From Octopus bimaculoides (lineage: Eukaryota): a stretch of 34,268 nt of DNA. The notes beneath the pieces are model-generated. The model made no database searches, was not told the DNA's origin, and was given only the letters and a program-made list of their open reading frames with translations. Position 1 is the stretch's first letter. Each line of letters begins with the position of its first letter. The stretch spans positions 9,550,705 through 9,584,972 of the forward strand of contig NC_068995.1 of the NCBI RefSeq assembly GCF_001194135.2, written 5' to 3'. Both the position numbers and the translations under genes were made by a program. Shown here one piece after another: positions 23,300-34,240 of the stretch.

Positions 23300-23712
23300 A
23301 ACGTCGTCATCGTCATCACCATCATCATCACCAACATCGGCAGCAGCATCATCGTCATCATTAACATCAACATCGCCATCATCGCCGTTATCATCGTCAT
23401 CCTCATCGTTGTCATCTTCATCGTCGTCATTGTCGACGTCATCATCATCATTATCATCATCGTCGTCGTCATCATCATCATCATCATTATCATCAACACC
23501 ATCATCATCATCATCATCATCGTCATCATTGTCGTCGTCCTTATCATCAACACCATCATCTTCATCACCATCATTGTCGTCGTCATCATCATCATCATCA
23601 TCATCATCATCGTCATCGTCATCATCATCATCATCATCATCATCGTCATCGTCATCATCATCATCATCATTATCATCATAATCATCATCATCATCATCAT
23701 CAACATCAACAT
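23300..23712. repeat. Degenerate (CAT/CGT)n microsatellite
   Basis: Directly visible; it gives the poly-D/M/I/S pseudo-ORFs. Confidence 0.95.
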
Positions 23713-23964
23713 TTCCTTCATATATTTCAATTAAATTCTTCATTTATGATTTCTCCAGCTCTTTAGTAATATTAGCATCGGTTTTTTTTCCCCTTTGTTT
23801 ATTTTTCGTTTCCTTTTTTCCTTTTTTTGTTTTCTTTATTTTCTTCTAATATTTTTATTTATTTAAAATAAAAGACGAACCGTCACTCCATCCCCTTTAC
23901 AACCATGACCACCACAACGGAAAAAACAACTCAAACAAATATATCTAAAAGAAAACAACCAACA

Positions 23965-24044
23965 AATGTGTGTGTGTTGTGTGTTATGTGTGCGTGTGTG
24001 TATGTAAGTATGTATGCCTATATATTTCCAGGCGTATAGGTATG

Positions 24045-24094
<50 letters not shown>

Positions 24095-24422
24095 TGCGAG
24101 CGTGCATGCGTGTGTGCCGACATCTGCAAATATATATTTGTACATGTATGCACGTAAGTATGTATGTATGCATATATATATAATCTGTGTGTGTATGTGT
24201 TTGTGTGTGTATGTGTGTGTACACACACAATACTGATACGAACACACACGAACAAAGGAATTCATACGCGCACACACACACACACACACACAAACACACA
24301 CCAGATATACGTGCATAAAGCGAAAAAATCCGTAATATCCAGAATACGCACGAAAGCAAAAGGACAAAAAAAAATGCACACAAGTAAACACATACACACA
24401 AGCGAACACAAACACAAACACG

Positions 24423-24466
<44 letters not shown>

Positions 24467-25197
24467 AACATGGACATATACATGCAAAAACATTCATATA
24501 CAAAAAACATACAGAAACAGAGGCAAACACACAAGCACACAGAATACACACATGCGTATTCAACCACACACACGCGCACACACTCACACACACACACACA
24601 CGCACACATGAATAGACGAGCACGCGCGCATACGAATAGATACACTCACATACACACACACACTTCGAAAATCGTACAAACACCTAGACAGATATACACA
24701 AATAAGTACATACAAAAACTTGTATAATCACACACTCCAAAAATATAGACATACTCAAAAACACACACGTACAAACGTACAGTGTGCAAACATACATACA
24801 CATGCACATGCAAAAGTACATACACACACTCACACATACACATACACACACATACCTGCGAATACACGCACGAACACTTCGAAACACGCACACACACACA
24901 TCCAAACAGATATATACAAATACACACATAAAAAAAAACATACATACACACACACTCCAAAAATGTACACATGCGCATTCAAACACACACATGCACACAC
25001 ACACACACACACATTACAAATATGCCCTCACACACACATACAGATGCACACAAGCACACACGAACACATACAGAACTTACACAAACAAAAAAAATATACG
25101 CATTTGCACTCACACACACATACAACCTACACCATATTAATATGTATAGACATACACAAAACATCAGGAACTCACACAACACACACATGCATACATT

Positions 25198-25240
<43 letters not shown>
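23965..25240. repeat. (GT)-rich tract switching at ~24220 to a long (CA)-rich tract
   Basis: Directly visible. Confidence 0.93.
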
Positions 25241-25514
25241 TCAAACACATGCATAAAAAAAACGGACATATATAGAACAGCAAAAATATGAGATACAAAA
25301 AAAATGACACGAAAAAGAAACGTAAAGCAGAAAACCAAAGCAAGAAAAAAATATTAATAATAATACTAATAATAAAAACGGACATAAATGCATCGAATGT
25401 CGTAAAGAATCACTTTGAAAAATTGATAAAGTCATATTTATGAAGGAATTACTCAGAACCATTGGACGGCTTAAAGTTGATTGCATTTGAAATATATTGA
25501 TTCCAGTCGGACAT

Positions 25515-25590
25515 GCTTACGTTTTGCCTCTACATGATGGCAAACGTCACTTCCGCTTGGCCCGAAACAAACTTTAAAATGGCGCCCGAT
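25515..25590. promoter_or_regulatory. Candidate housekeeping-type (possibly bidirectional) promoter
   Basis: ACGTCACTTCCGC at 25544-25556 is the ETS-CRE composite GCGGAAGTGACGT on the minus strand. AAAATGGCGCC at 25576-25586 is a YY1 motif. A minus-strand donor AC|GTAAGC lies at 25515-25520. The A-rich/T-rich skew flips across the site. Confidence 0.5.
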
Positions 25591-26725
25591 TTCTCCAATT
25601 TACTCATCTACTACTAGAGTCTGTTTTTGTTTTTATTTTCCGCTTTTAATTTTTTAGTTGTTATTTCTTTTTTCTTTTTATATCTTTGTTAGTTTGCTTT
25701 ATTCTTTAATCTTTCTTTTTTGCTCTTTCTTTCTTTGATTCTCTTTCTTTTTCTTTTCTTAATTTCGTTTTCTTCGTTTTCGTCGTCGTCGTCGTCTTTT
25801 TGTCGTTTGTTTTCTGTTTTGTTTTCTTTCTCTTCAATTTTTTTTTCTCTTTCTTGTTCTGAGATTTTTTTCTCTTTTCTTCTCTGCGTTGTTGTTTTTC
25901 TTGCTGCAGCTTCTATTGCAGCTGCTGTTGTTGTTGTTGTTGTTGTGGATTGTTTTATTTAGTTTCTGTTGTTCTCTTTGTTGTTATGTGTTTTAGATGC
26001 TTGTTTCCTGTTTATTTTTCCATTTTGTTCTTATATCGGGATACACACACATATAGTTTGTGTATGTGTGTGTTTATATATATATACATGTATATATATA
26101 CATATATATACATATATGATATAAATAATTCGTTATATACATGTAATTCATTNNNNNNNNNNNNNNNNNNNNNNNNNNNNNNNNNNNNNNNNNNNNNNNN
26201 NNNNNNNNNNNNNNNNNNNNNNNNNNNNNNNNNNNNNNNNNNNNNNNNNNNNNNNNNNNNNNNNNNNNNNNNNNNNNNNNNNNNNNNNNNNNNNNNNNNN
26301 NNNNNNNNNNNNNNNNNNNNNNNNNNNNNNNNNNNNNNNNNNNNNNNNNNNNNNNNNNNNNNNNNNNNNNNNNNNNNNNNNNNNNNNNNNNNNNNNNNNN
26401 NNNNNNNNNNNNNNNNNNNNNNNNNNNNNNNNNNNNNNNNNNNNNNNNNNNNNNNNNNNNNNNNNNNNNNNNNNNNNNNNNNNNNNNNNNNNNNNNNNNN
26501 NNNNNNNNNNNNNNNNNNNNNNNNNNNNNNNNNNNNNNNNNNNNNNNNNNNNNNNNNNNNNNNNNNNNNNNNNNNNNNNNNNNNNNNNNNNNNNNNNNNN
26601 NNNNNNNNNNNNNNNNNNNNNNNNNNNNNNNNNNNNNNNNNNNNNNNNNNNNNNNNNNNNNNNNNNNNNNNNNNNNNNNNNNNNNNNNNNNNNNNNNNNN
26701 NNNNNNNNNNNNNNNNNNNNNNNNN

Positions 26726-26772
<47 letters not shown>

Positions 26773-27524
26773 GTATATGTATATATATGTATGTATGTAT
26801 GTATTATGTGTGTATGCATGTATGTGCCTATCTATAAATAAATAAAGTATACATACGCACATCTGTATACTTGTATACGAATGTGTGTGCGTGTTTATAT
26901 ATGTGTGTGTGTTTATGCATGCATTCTATATGCATTAAGTATGAATGTATTACATAATGTATTATATACATTATGTAATTTAATGTTGTAAGTTTATATC
27001 TATGCAGCTAAATGCGTAAATCTATATATGTGTATACGAACGTGTGTGTATGTGAGTGTATATACAGCGAGAATGTATATTTTATTTGAAGTTTATTCAA
27101 CAGAGCAAGAAATAGTCTCTAAGTAAGAGACAAGATTCTTTAGCCTTTACTTCAGATAACAATGTTTGGTCAAACGGTGAAACAACTGCCTTGCTTTGCT
27201 TTTGATTTTTNNNNNNNNNNGATTTTTTATTTTTTTATTTTTCATCGCTTCATTGTCTCGTTAATAAAGTTAAAATGACTATCAGTTATTTGCGTCTTTA
27301 ATTTGCGGTAGGGACGTGAAAAATGCTGTTCGGCGAAGAGGTTCGTTCTTCTACCAATAATACCACGTTGATTTTTATCTTTAATCTTTCGAGACTGCAC
27401 CGTGAACAAGTTCTTACTCCTTTTCTTTACCTGCTGAATGACCGATGCCTTGTAAACGAATTTTGGTAAACAGGGAACCAAAACGGTGTGTTGTATATCC
27501 AAATGCACACACATATAGATAGCT

Positions 27525-27555
<31 letters not shown>

Positions 27556-27901
27556 GATAGATAGAGAGAGTGAGAGATACAGATAGTTGACGTTATCCTG
27601 CCTTCGTCGTCGTCATTTTCTTTTTTTTCCTTCATACTTTTCTTTTTCCTTCGTCCTTTTCTTTTTCCGTCTTTTTCCTTCGTTCTTTTCCCCGTCTTCG
27701 TCCTCCCCGTCTTCTTCATCTTCGTCTCATTCTTTGTGCTCCTCTTCAAATCCTATTACATTCACAGACATGGGTCGATTCTGCATCTATACACAACTGA
27801 CATTATACCGAGAGTTTGTCACTCCTTAAATGCGCATTAAGATGGTACATATCATAAAAAAATCAAACTGACCTCACAACAATATGTTCCTGTCAGATGT
27901 C

Positions 27902-27957
27902 AATATAAAATAATATAAAATAATATAATATAATATAATATAATATAATATAATATA
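27902..27957. repeat. (AATAT)n pentanucleotide repeat
   Basis: Directly visible. Confidence 0.93.
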
Positions 27958-28054
27958 GCATTATATAACAGAAATATTAAATATTATGAGATCCCTTATT
28001 TTTATTTAACAGTTATTTCCTAAAGTGAACGTTAACAAATGAAATCATAAAACT

Positions 28055-28445
28055 AGGCGCGGCTTATAGGTGCAGGCGTGTCTTATGGGCGCAAGCGTGG
28101 CTGTGTAATAAGTAGGCGTAGGAGTGGCTGTGTGGTAAGTAGCTTGCTTCCTAACCACATGGTTCCGGGTTCAGTCCCACTGCATGGTACCTTGGACAAG
28201 TAAGTGGATTTGGTAGATGGAAACTGAAAGAAGCCCACCGTACATACACGTGTGTGTGTGTGTGTGTGTTTCTGTGTCAGTATTTGTCTTCCCATCATCG
28301 CTTGACAACCGATATTGGTGTGTTCACGTCTCCGTAACCCTGGCGGTTCGGCAAAAGAAACCGATAGAATAAGTACTAGGCTTACAAAGGCGGTGCTCCA
28401 GCATGGCCGCAGTCAAATGACTGAAACGAGTAACAGAGTAAAAGA
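28055..28445 (+). mobile_element. tRNA-derived SINE family B with stuttered 5' end
   Basis: Head gtggctgtgtggtaagtagcttgcttcc.aaccacatggttccgggttcagtcccactg (B box), internal (GT)n, and 3' ggcggtgctccagcatggccgcagtcaaatgactgaaac. Homologous pieces occur at 2690-2915 and 15030-15172. Confidence 0.88.
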
Positions 28446-28781
28446 CCAAGAAACAAAGAACGATATAATAATAAACGTAAATGACTGTGGTTACGATTAT
28501 TGCCAAGATATTTCGGTAAACGGACCCAAAACTGTGTGTGGAGTCTCGTTCCATCAGCCATTCGTATATTCAATACATTTCTCGAAATTCTGCCAAAAGA
28601 TATTTAGATTCACCTGTCAGGTATGAAAATTTACTTGGGGTCTGTTTTCTACTTACATTTAGTTTTGTTTAATTGTTGAATATTGTAAATCAATTTCATT
28701 TAACACTGAGGGCCTTATTGCCATCATCCAGCTGGTACATAAAGGGACATCGTTACAGCCTTCAGGAGATTACTGCTGTTG

Positions 28782-28847
28782 TAAAATCTAATCGACTGCC
28801 CCTCTCCCCAAAAATTTCGGGCCTTGTGCCGAGAGTAGAAAAGAATA
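28782..28847 (+). mobile_element. 3' tail fragment of SINE family A
   Basis: tctaatcgactgcccctctccccaaaaatttcgggccttgtgccgagagtagaaaagaat. Confidence 0.85.
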
Positions 28848-30465
28848 TGCTGATATAGCTGCTAAGTCAATTTTAGCAAGTGGTCTATGTTATAAATTCA
28901 GTGTAGTGCATGAACCAAGCGCTGTTGTTACAAATGTTGTACATGCAATCTTCCTCAACACATGACAAGGTGTTATAAACGCCCTCTACATTAATAGAGA
29001 AACAATTGTTGCCGCTGTATTAATAATATCGAAGTTATGTACAGCATGAGCTAGTTGTTCATGAATAGTCTTTGTTTGTTTGTCATTTTTATGATCAAAA
29101 GAGATAAAAGTTGTAATTTTAAAATATATTAATTTTTGCCAGGAGTTAGATGACAAATAAGTGAATTTATTGTTAATATGAGTTCAGACTATTAAATAGT
29201 CACTCTGTTGTGTTCAGTTGGTAGATGTTAATTAGTATATTATTGTTAATGAGAGCTGAATGATATCAGTAGATCGCACGATATGATCAATTGTTGAATG
29301 TTGTAAATATAGTGGCTGGGTGTGTTGTTGTACAGAGCATGGCCTCAATGTTATTGTTAACAATTGCTTGGGGTTGATGTACGAAATATTTCGTAAAATG
29401 CTGGGTATCAGAGGGTACTTTCCATGATGTTGTCAACAAGAGTCACGTAATATGAACATGTCATCTTTAACATAAACTGGATGTTACAGGAGCTTCGTAA
29501 CACATGTACGTCTACTCCTTGCTATGTTCCATGGTCTCTCGGTGTTAAATATGTGGTCTTTCCTATATTTAATTGGAACGTGGTGTTACGGAGTGTTCCT
29601 ACGTTAGTTTAAATATTTAAAGATATAATCTGACCAATCATTGAAGCTTTGTATGCTGGCGTTGAAATCGCAGCCCAATCAGTCGCTAATTAGATAAAGG
29701 GCATTAATTAATGTAGCCTGACATACACCGTCAGGATAAATGAGATTGGAACAACCTTGATCAAGGTCAGTCAACATGTGACAGGGTTGACCTCTACTAA
29801 AAACAACATCTACAACAAGCTATAGTGTTGTTAGTAGTGTTAGTAGAGTTAATAGTAAGGGGAGAGGCCTGTTAGTAGTATTAGTAGGGACGTTAGTGGT
29901 GTTAGTGGTGTTACAGGGGAAGGGAGATGGGGAATTAGTGGGTTAGTCCTACAACTTGACTGTAGGTTGTTTAGCCCCTGAAATCAATCCCTAGCCCAGA
30001 AGACCTAGCTGTGATACAAGCCCCATGCCACCAACACTCATCATTTCAGTAGACCCCAGATTTCACTAATTAATGTGGCCTTCCTTTTTAGATGTTACTA
30101 AAGTGGGATTTAGCTTCTACATTGGTCAACTGTAGAACTATTTATTTATTTATACTGCAACCCTCCTGGTCATTTACTCATTGTTATATTCAATAACAGT
30201 TGATTGCGATCGATTAGCACCTTGTTGCAAAGAACTAGGCTTAGCTTTATTATATATTAACACTTTGTTATATTTAACAAGCGTTAAGGGTTATAAAATT
30301 ACACCCTTTATTTAAGAGCTGGTGAAGGTTGACATATACGCCTTGAGTATCATCATCATATTTGATGTAATGCGTTATGAGGTGTTAGATTTAATAGAAG
30401 TCTGATGTCATCGATTGACACCTTGTTATATTTAATAAATTTGCTACTATATAGATCTACACCGT

Positions 30466-30864
30466 GGAGGCGCAATGGCCCAGTGGTTATGGCAGCGGAC
30501 TCGCGGTCATAGGATCGCGGTTTCGATTCCCAAACCGGGCGTTGTGAGTGTTTATTGAGCGAAAACACCTAAAGCTCCACGAGGCTCCGGCAGGGGATGG
30601 TGGAAAACCCTGCTGTACTCTTTCACCACAACTTTCTCTCTCACTCTTACTTCCTGTTTCTGCTGTGCCTGTAATTCAAAGGGGCCAGCCTTGTCACACT
30701 GTGTCACACTGAATATCCCCGAGAACTACGTTAAGGGTACACGTGTCTGTGGAGTGCTCAGCCACTTGCACGTTAATTTCACGAGCAGGCTGTTCCGTTG
30801 ATCGGATCAACTGGAACCCTCGACGTCGTAAGCGACGGAGTGCCAACAACAACAACAACAACAA
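30466..30864 (+). mobile_element. Full-length tRNA-derived SINE family C with (CAA)n tail and probable TSD
   Basis: A box TGGCCCAGTGG, B box GGTTTCGATTCC and a (CAA)n tail. It is flanked by atctacaccgt (30455-30465) and atctacatcct (30865-30875), 9/11 identical. Confidence 0.92.
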
Positions 30865-31821
30865 ATCTACATCCTATTGAATTACCTCTATTGAAATATT
30901 GTTATACCTGTTCAAAGAATTTGATCTTGTTTTTGTTTTTTGTTTTGTGTGTTATTTTTGTGAGAGGGAGGTTCTCTTTCTCTCTCTCCTTCCATTCCTC
31001 ACCATTTTACTATCGTAGTAAAATTTCATCGTTAAACCCTGTATCGTTCCTTATCTGTACTCTCTTAATCACATCGCAAATAGATAATGTCTGTTATCTC
31101 GATATCACACTGTTTTATAATTACTATCAATGTTTCTTTTAGCAGTTTTAACTCATTATATCATTTACATTACGCTCTGTTATCTTTTTCATCACACTGC
31201 TACACGTTGTTCTTATAGCTGCAGTTCGTTATCTCTACATCGATATATAACTGTTATCAATGTCTCTTTTAGCTCTGTTGTTTGTTTGTTTGTATCTACA
31301 GTTTTATCATTGCTACAGTAGTTGTCCGTTATTATTTATCTCTTCGTTCTCTAACACAAATATTTTCTCTGTTGTTCTTTTAATTAAAATTATACCATAT
31401 TAAGAGTCATTTTGATTGAATCACCATTTTCTTTTTCAGACTTCTACATCATTATCAATGAGCTCACTATTGTGTGACGACGGACATCACGTATCGCCGT
31501 GAATGCGGTGATCATCAGAAAAATACGGTGATCTCGGAGTATATCAGACTTCCCTCAATAAATATATACACTCACTGATTTATAACTGTAATTTGAAACC
31601 AAAATTACAGTTATAAGAAATACAAGATGTTAGTCGGTGAGTATGCGATTAGTGAGGTATAATCCATATATAATATTTCATACTTCACCTCTTCCATGTC
31701 TAATTCGTTAATGATGCCAGATTATAAAGGCACAGATCCAGTAATCTTGACAAGTTTTCTTCACATTATCCTCATTGTTTCCTGATATCAATCTCTATGT
31801 CAGCATTTATCGTCATTTATC

Positions 31822-32010
31822 GTAACAGCCAAAAGAGTACGACTGTGAGTGCAAGCGGCCGAAATCAGGTTTCCCCGAGAATCTCTGGAGTAATATTACT
31901 CAACAGTGTACGTATCCTGGAGATCTGGAAATGTGTCCAGATCGAACCCCTAGTTCTCCGCATTGAGAGGTTGTAGTTCCGGTATTATGGACATGTGATT
32001 AGAATGTGAC
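31822..32010 (+). mobile_element. RTE-clade LINE, C-terminal ORF fragment (degenerate)
   Basis: TAKRVRL*VQAAEIRF, then after a frameshift RISGVILLNSVRILEIWKCVQIEPLVLRIERL*FRYYGHVIRM. This matches the RTE post-RT motif AAEMRFLRRI.GV.L.D.VR..EIR..L.VEPL.L.IER.QLRW.GHV.RM. Confidence 0.85.
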
Positions 32011-32435
32011 AGGAATAATAAGTGAAGATAGATGAATAGACGCGCGGAACTTTTTTTCTATGCCGCCTCTACACAGAACTGTTGTATAAAGATCAAAAAA
32101 TATATCTACGGTAATTAATAGTTCAATTGATAAAACATCGTTAAATTCAAAAACAATATTAAAACATAAAATGATATTGTAATTCATTCAAAGAGCTGTA
32201 GAGAATAATTAGATTATGAACTACATGTGAAATTTATGCTTTTTCTGCATTTTACTCTGAATATGTCACATCTCATCTACATATTAACACAAAAGTAACT
32301 ACCTACATTGGTACAATGCTCCAGAGTATGGAAGAAAATCGAAGACATAAATATTTACAAAGTAAACTATGATAAACATGATAAACTATGGAACACAATC
32401 GAAGATATAATATTTGAGATAATAACATGCGTGTT

Positions 32436-32484
<49 letters not shown>

Positions 32485-32759
32485 NNNNNNNNNNNNNNNN
32501 NNNNNNNNNNNNNNNNNNNNNNNNNNNNNNNNNNNNNNNNNNNNNNNNNNNNNNNNNNNNNNNNNNNNNNNNNNNNNNNNNNNNNNNNNNNNNNNNNNNN
32601 NNNNNNNNNNNNNNNNNNNNNNNNNNNNNNNNNNNNNNNNNNNNNNNNNNNNNNNNNNNNNNNNNNNNNNNNNNNNNNNNNNNNNNNNNNNNNNNNNNNN
32701 NNNNNNNNNNNNNNNNNNNNNNNNNNNNNNNNNNNNNNNNATATATATATATATAATAC

Positions 32760-33005
32760 AAAAATGGGACAAGAACGTGATACAAAAAAGGGACGACAAA
32801 ACATCCAGACAGACGATACAAAGAAAACAAGGACGGGTCATTCGGAGTTTTCTTTCCTCAGTTGAGTTCCAGATTATCTTTGCAATTTCGGCTGGTTATA
32901 CTCGAGATTGCTTCAATCTGGCCAGCCCCAAGGGGAAACTAAGCTAAGAGCATTAGATTCATTGGAAGAAAGCATCGAATGTATACGAAAACAAGGATGG
33001 AAAGA
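32760..33005 (-). mobile_element. Unclassified (TA)n-associated interspersed repeat, possibly a Penelope-like terminal repeat
   Basis: A 14-bp direct repeat gaaaacaagga(c/t)gg lies at 32823 and 32987. The minus strand has CTGAGGA-aagaaaa-CTCCGAA, and the element abuts (TA)n. The class is inferred. Confidence 0.4.
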
Positions 33006-33144
33006 AAACCTATAGGACTCTATAATATTATAATCGAAGATAAATGAATTCGTTAGTTAGTTGAACATCTCGTCCATATATGTTAGATTCAATCCGTCGC
33101 CATATTTAAGTCCACTACACGGTGAAGAACACTATATAAAGTCT

Positions 33145-33546
33145 AACCGTTGACCTCATCGTGGTGGGGAGGTTAAACGAGTGAATGTCAGGGCTATGCC
33201 GTCGAAGACTTCGAGTCCCTGGTAAGGTCACCCAAGGCGAACAGGTCTGACACCCGCGGTGCTAGGGCTGCAACCCGGCTAACTGTAGGGCAATGGTGAA
33301 TTGCAGGTGTTCCGTCTGTTCCGGAATCCGGTGGCTTCCTGGTGGCGTTGTATCGCGTCTGCGGGCATCCTGAAGTGTGAAGGCGTAACACGAGGACGAC
33401 CAGCCACTGGTCGTGTACGGTGGCTAACGAATACTGGCGGGAACTGTTTTCACAGATTCTGGTCGTCCCTTGAAACTGCTATGAACTCACAACATGGGAA
33501 CCGGCTTAAGCCCTCTCGGGTGAATGCCGACTAAGAAAGAAAGAGA
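33145..33546 (+). mobile_element. Short non-autonomous RTE-derived element (RTE-type 5' UTR joined to a 3' end with (AAGA)n tail)
   Basis: atcgtggtggggaggtt...gctatgccgtc...ccctggtaaggtcacccaaggcgaacaggtc resembles 5' UTRs of Expander/Rex3/BovB-type RTEs as I recall them. It ends gccgact(aaga)n and has no ORF. Confidence 0.65.
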
Positions 33547-33619
33547 AAAAAACTACACTATACTACAACCATTCAGTTAATCTAAACATTCTGAAAATAA
33601 CTTCTATCCTTTAATCTCC

Positions 33620-34198
33620 CTGGTCTTCGAAACCCTAAGAAATGTCACGGGTGTTGATCTACAAAATAATTTCAGTGAATTTGTTTATGAAAACTATGTC
33701 CGACATGTTTTCGTCGTCTGCGATAATGATTGATGGTTATTATAGGAAGAGATCCTCTGTTGTATCGATTAATGTTAAGATATCTTGTTGTTTGATCAAA
33801 TGAGAACTTCCATGATTAATGTAAGCTTCGGGTCACTGAATCCAAGTGAAATTTAAGTCGCCAATTAATATTGATATAGTGTTAGTTTGAAGAAGCTTCG
33901 AATTTTCGTAGCCATTTTGGATCTGTCTGAGATATGCCTTGGTGTGAATGTCGAGTCGGGAGGTCGAAAAATGATATTTATCATTAAGCTATAATTACAG
34001 ACCTTCGCACAAGCTCACAAATAAACATACACACACACACACACACAAGAACACACACACAGAGGATATTCTTATAAGAATCATGTTAGCTGTGGGGGTT
34101 TCCATTTCAAATACAGAGCCGTTCCACCTCACACTCCGATCTTGTGGTCACTTCTCCACGTTATAAAAGCCTGGTATATTGCATTTCATCGCCGTTAT

Positions 34199-34200
<2 letters not shown>
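33620..34200 (-). mobile_element. Decayed AP-endonuclease domain of a CR1/L2-type LINE ORF2
   Basis: With frameshifts the minus strand gives IPGF..VRSD.KDRS.GGTALYLK (~34180-34105), INIIFRPPD (~33985-33955), ILIGDLNF (33871-33848) and EDLFL...ENMSDIVFIN (~33760-33680). It is interrupted by (CA)n at about 34020-34060. Confidence 0.8.

Positions 34201-34240
<40 letters not shown>

Noticed and set aside
23279-23743. Poly-Asp 154-aa ORF (acidic, biomineralisation-like)
   Set aside because: It is a degenerate (GAT)n microsatellite open in several frames on both strands, with no signal peptide or splice support.
28315-28626. 103-aa ORF MVCSRLRNPGGSAKETDRIS...
   Set aside because: The first half is SINE family B sequence read in frame by chance.
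30466-30545. tRNA-like sequence with A and B boxes
   Set aside because: Acceptor and T stems do not pair properly, and it continues into a SINE body with a (CAA)n tail and TSD. It is a SINE head, not a tRNA gene.
33207-33250. HDV-like ribozyme suggested by GGCGAA followed by CAGGTC
   Set aside because: P2 can be drawn, but no compatible P1, P3/L3 or P1.1 could be found; it is retained only as a generic structured leader.
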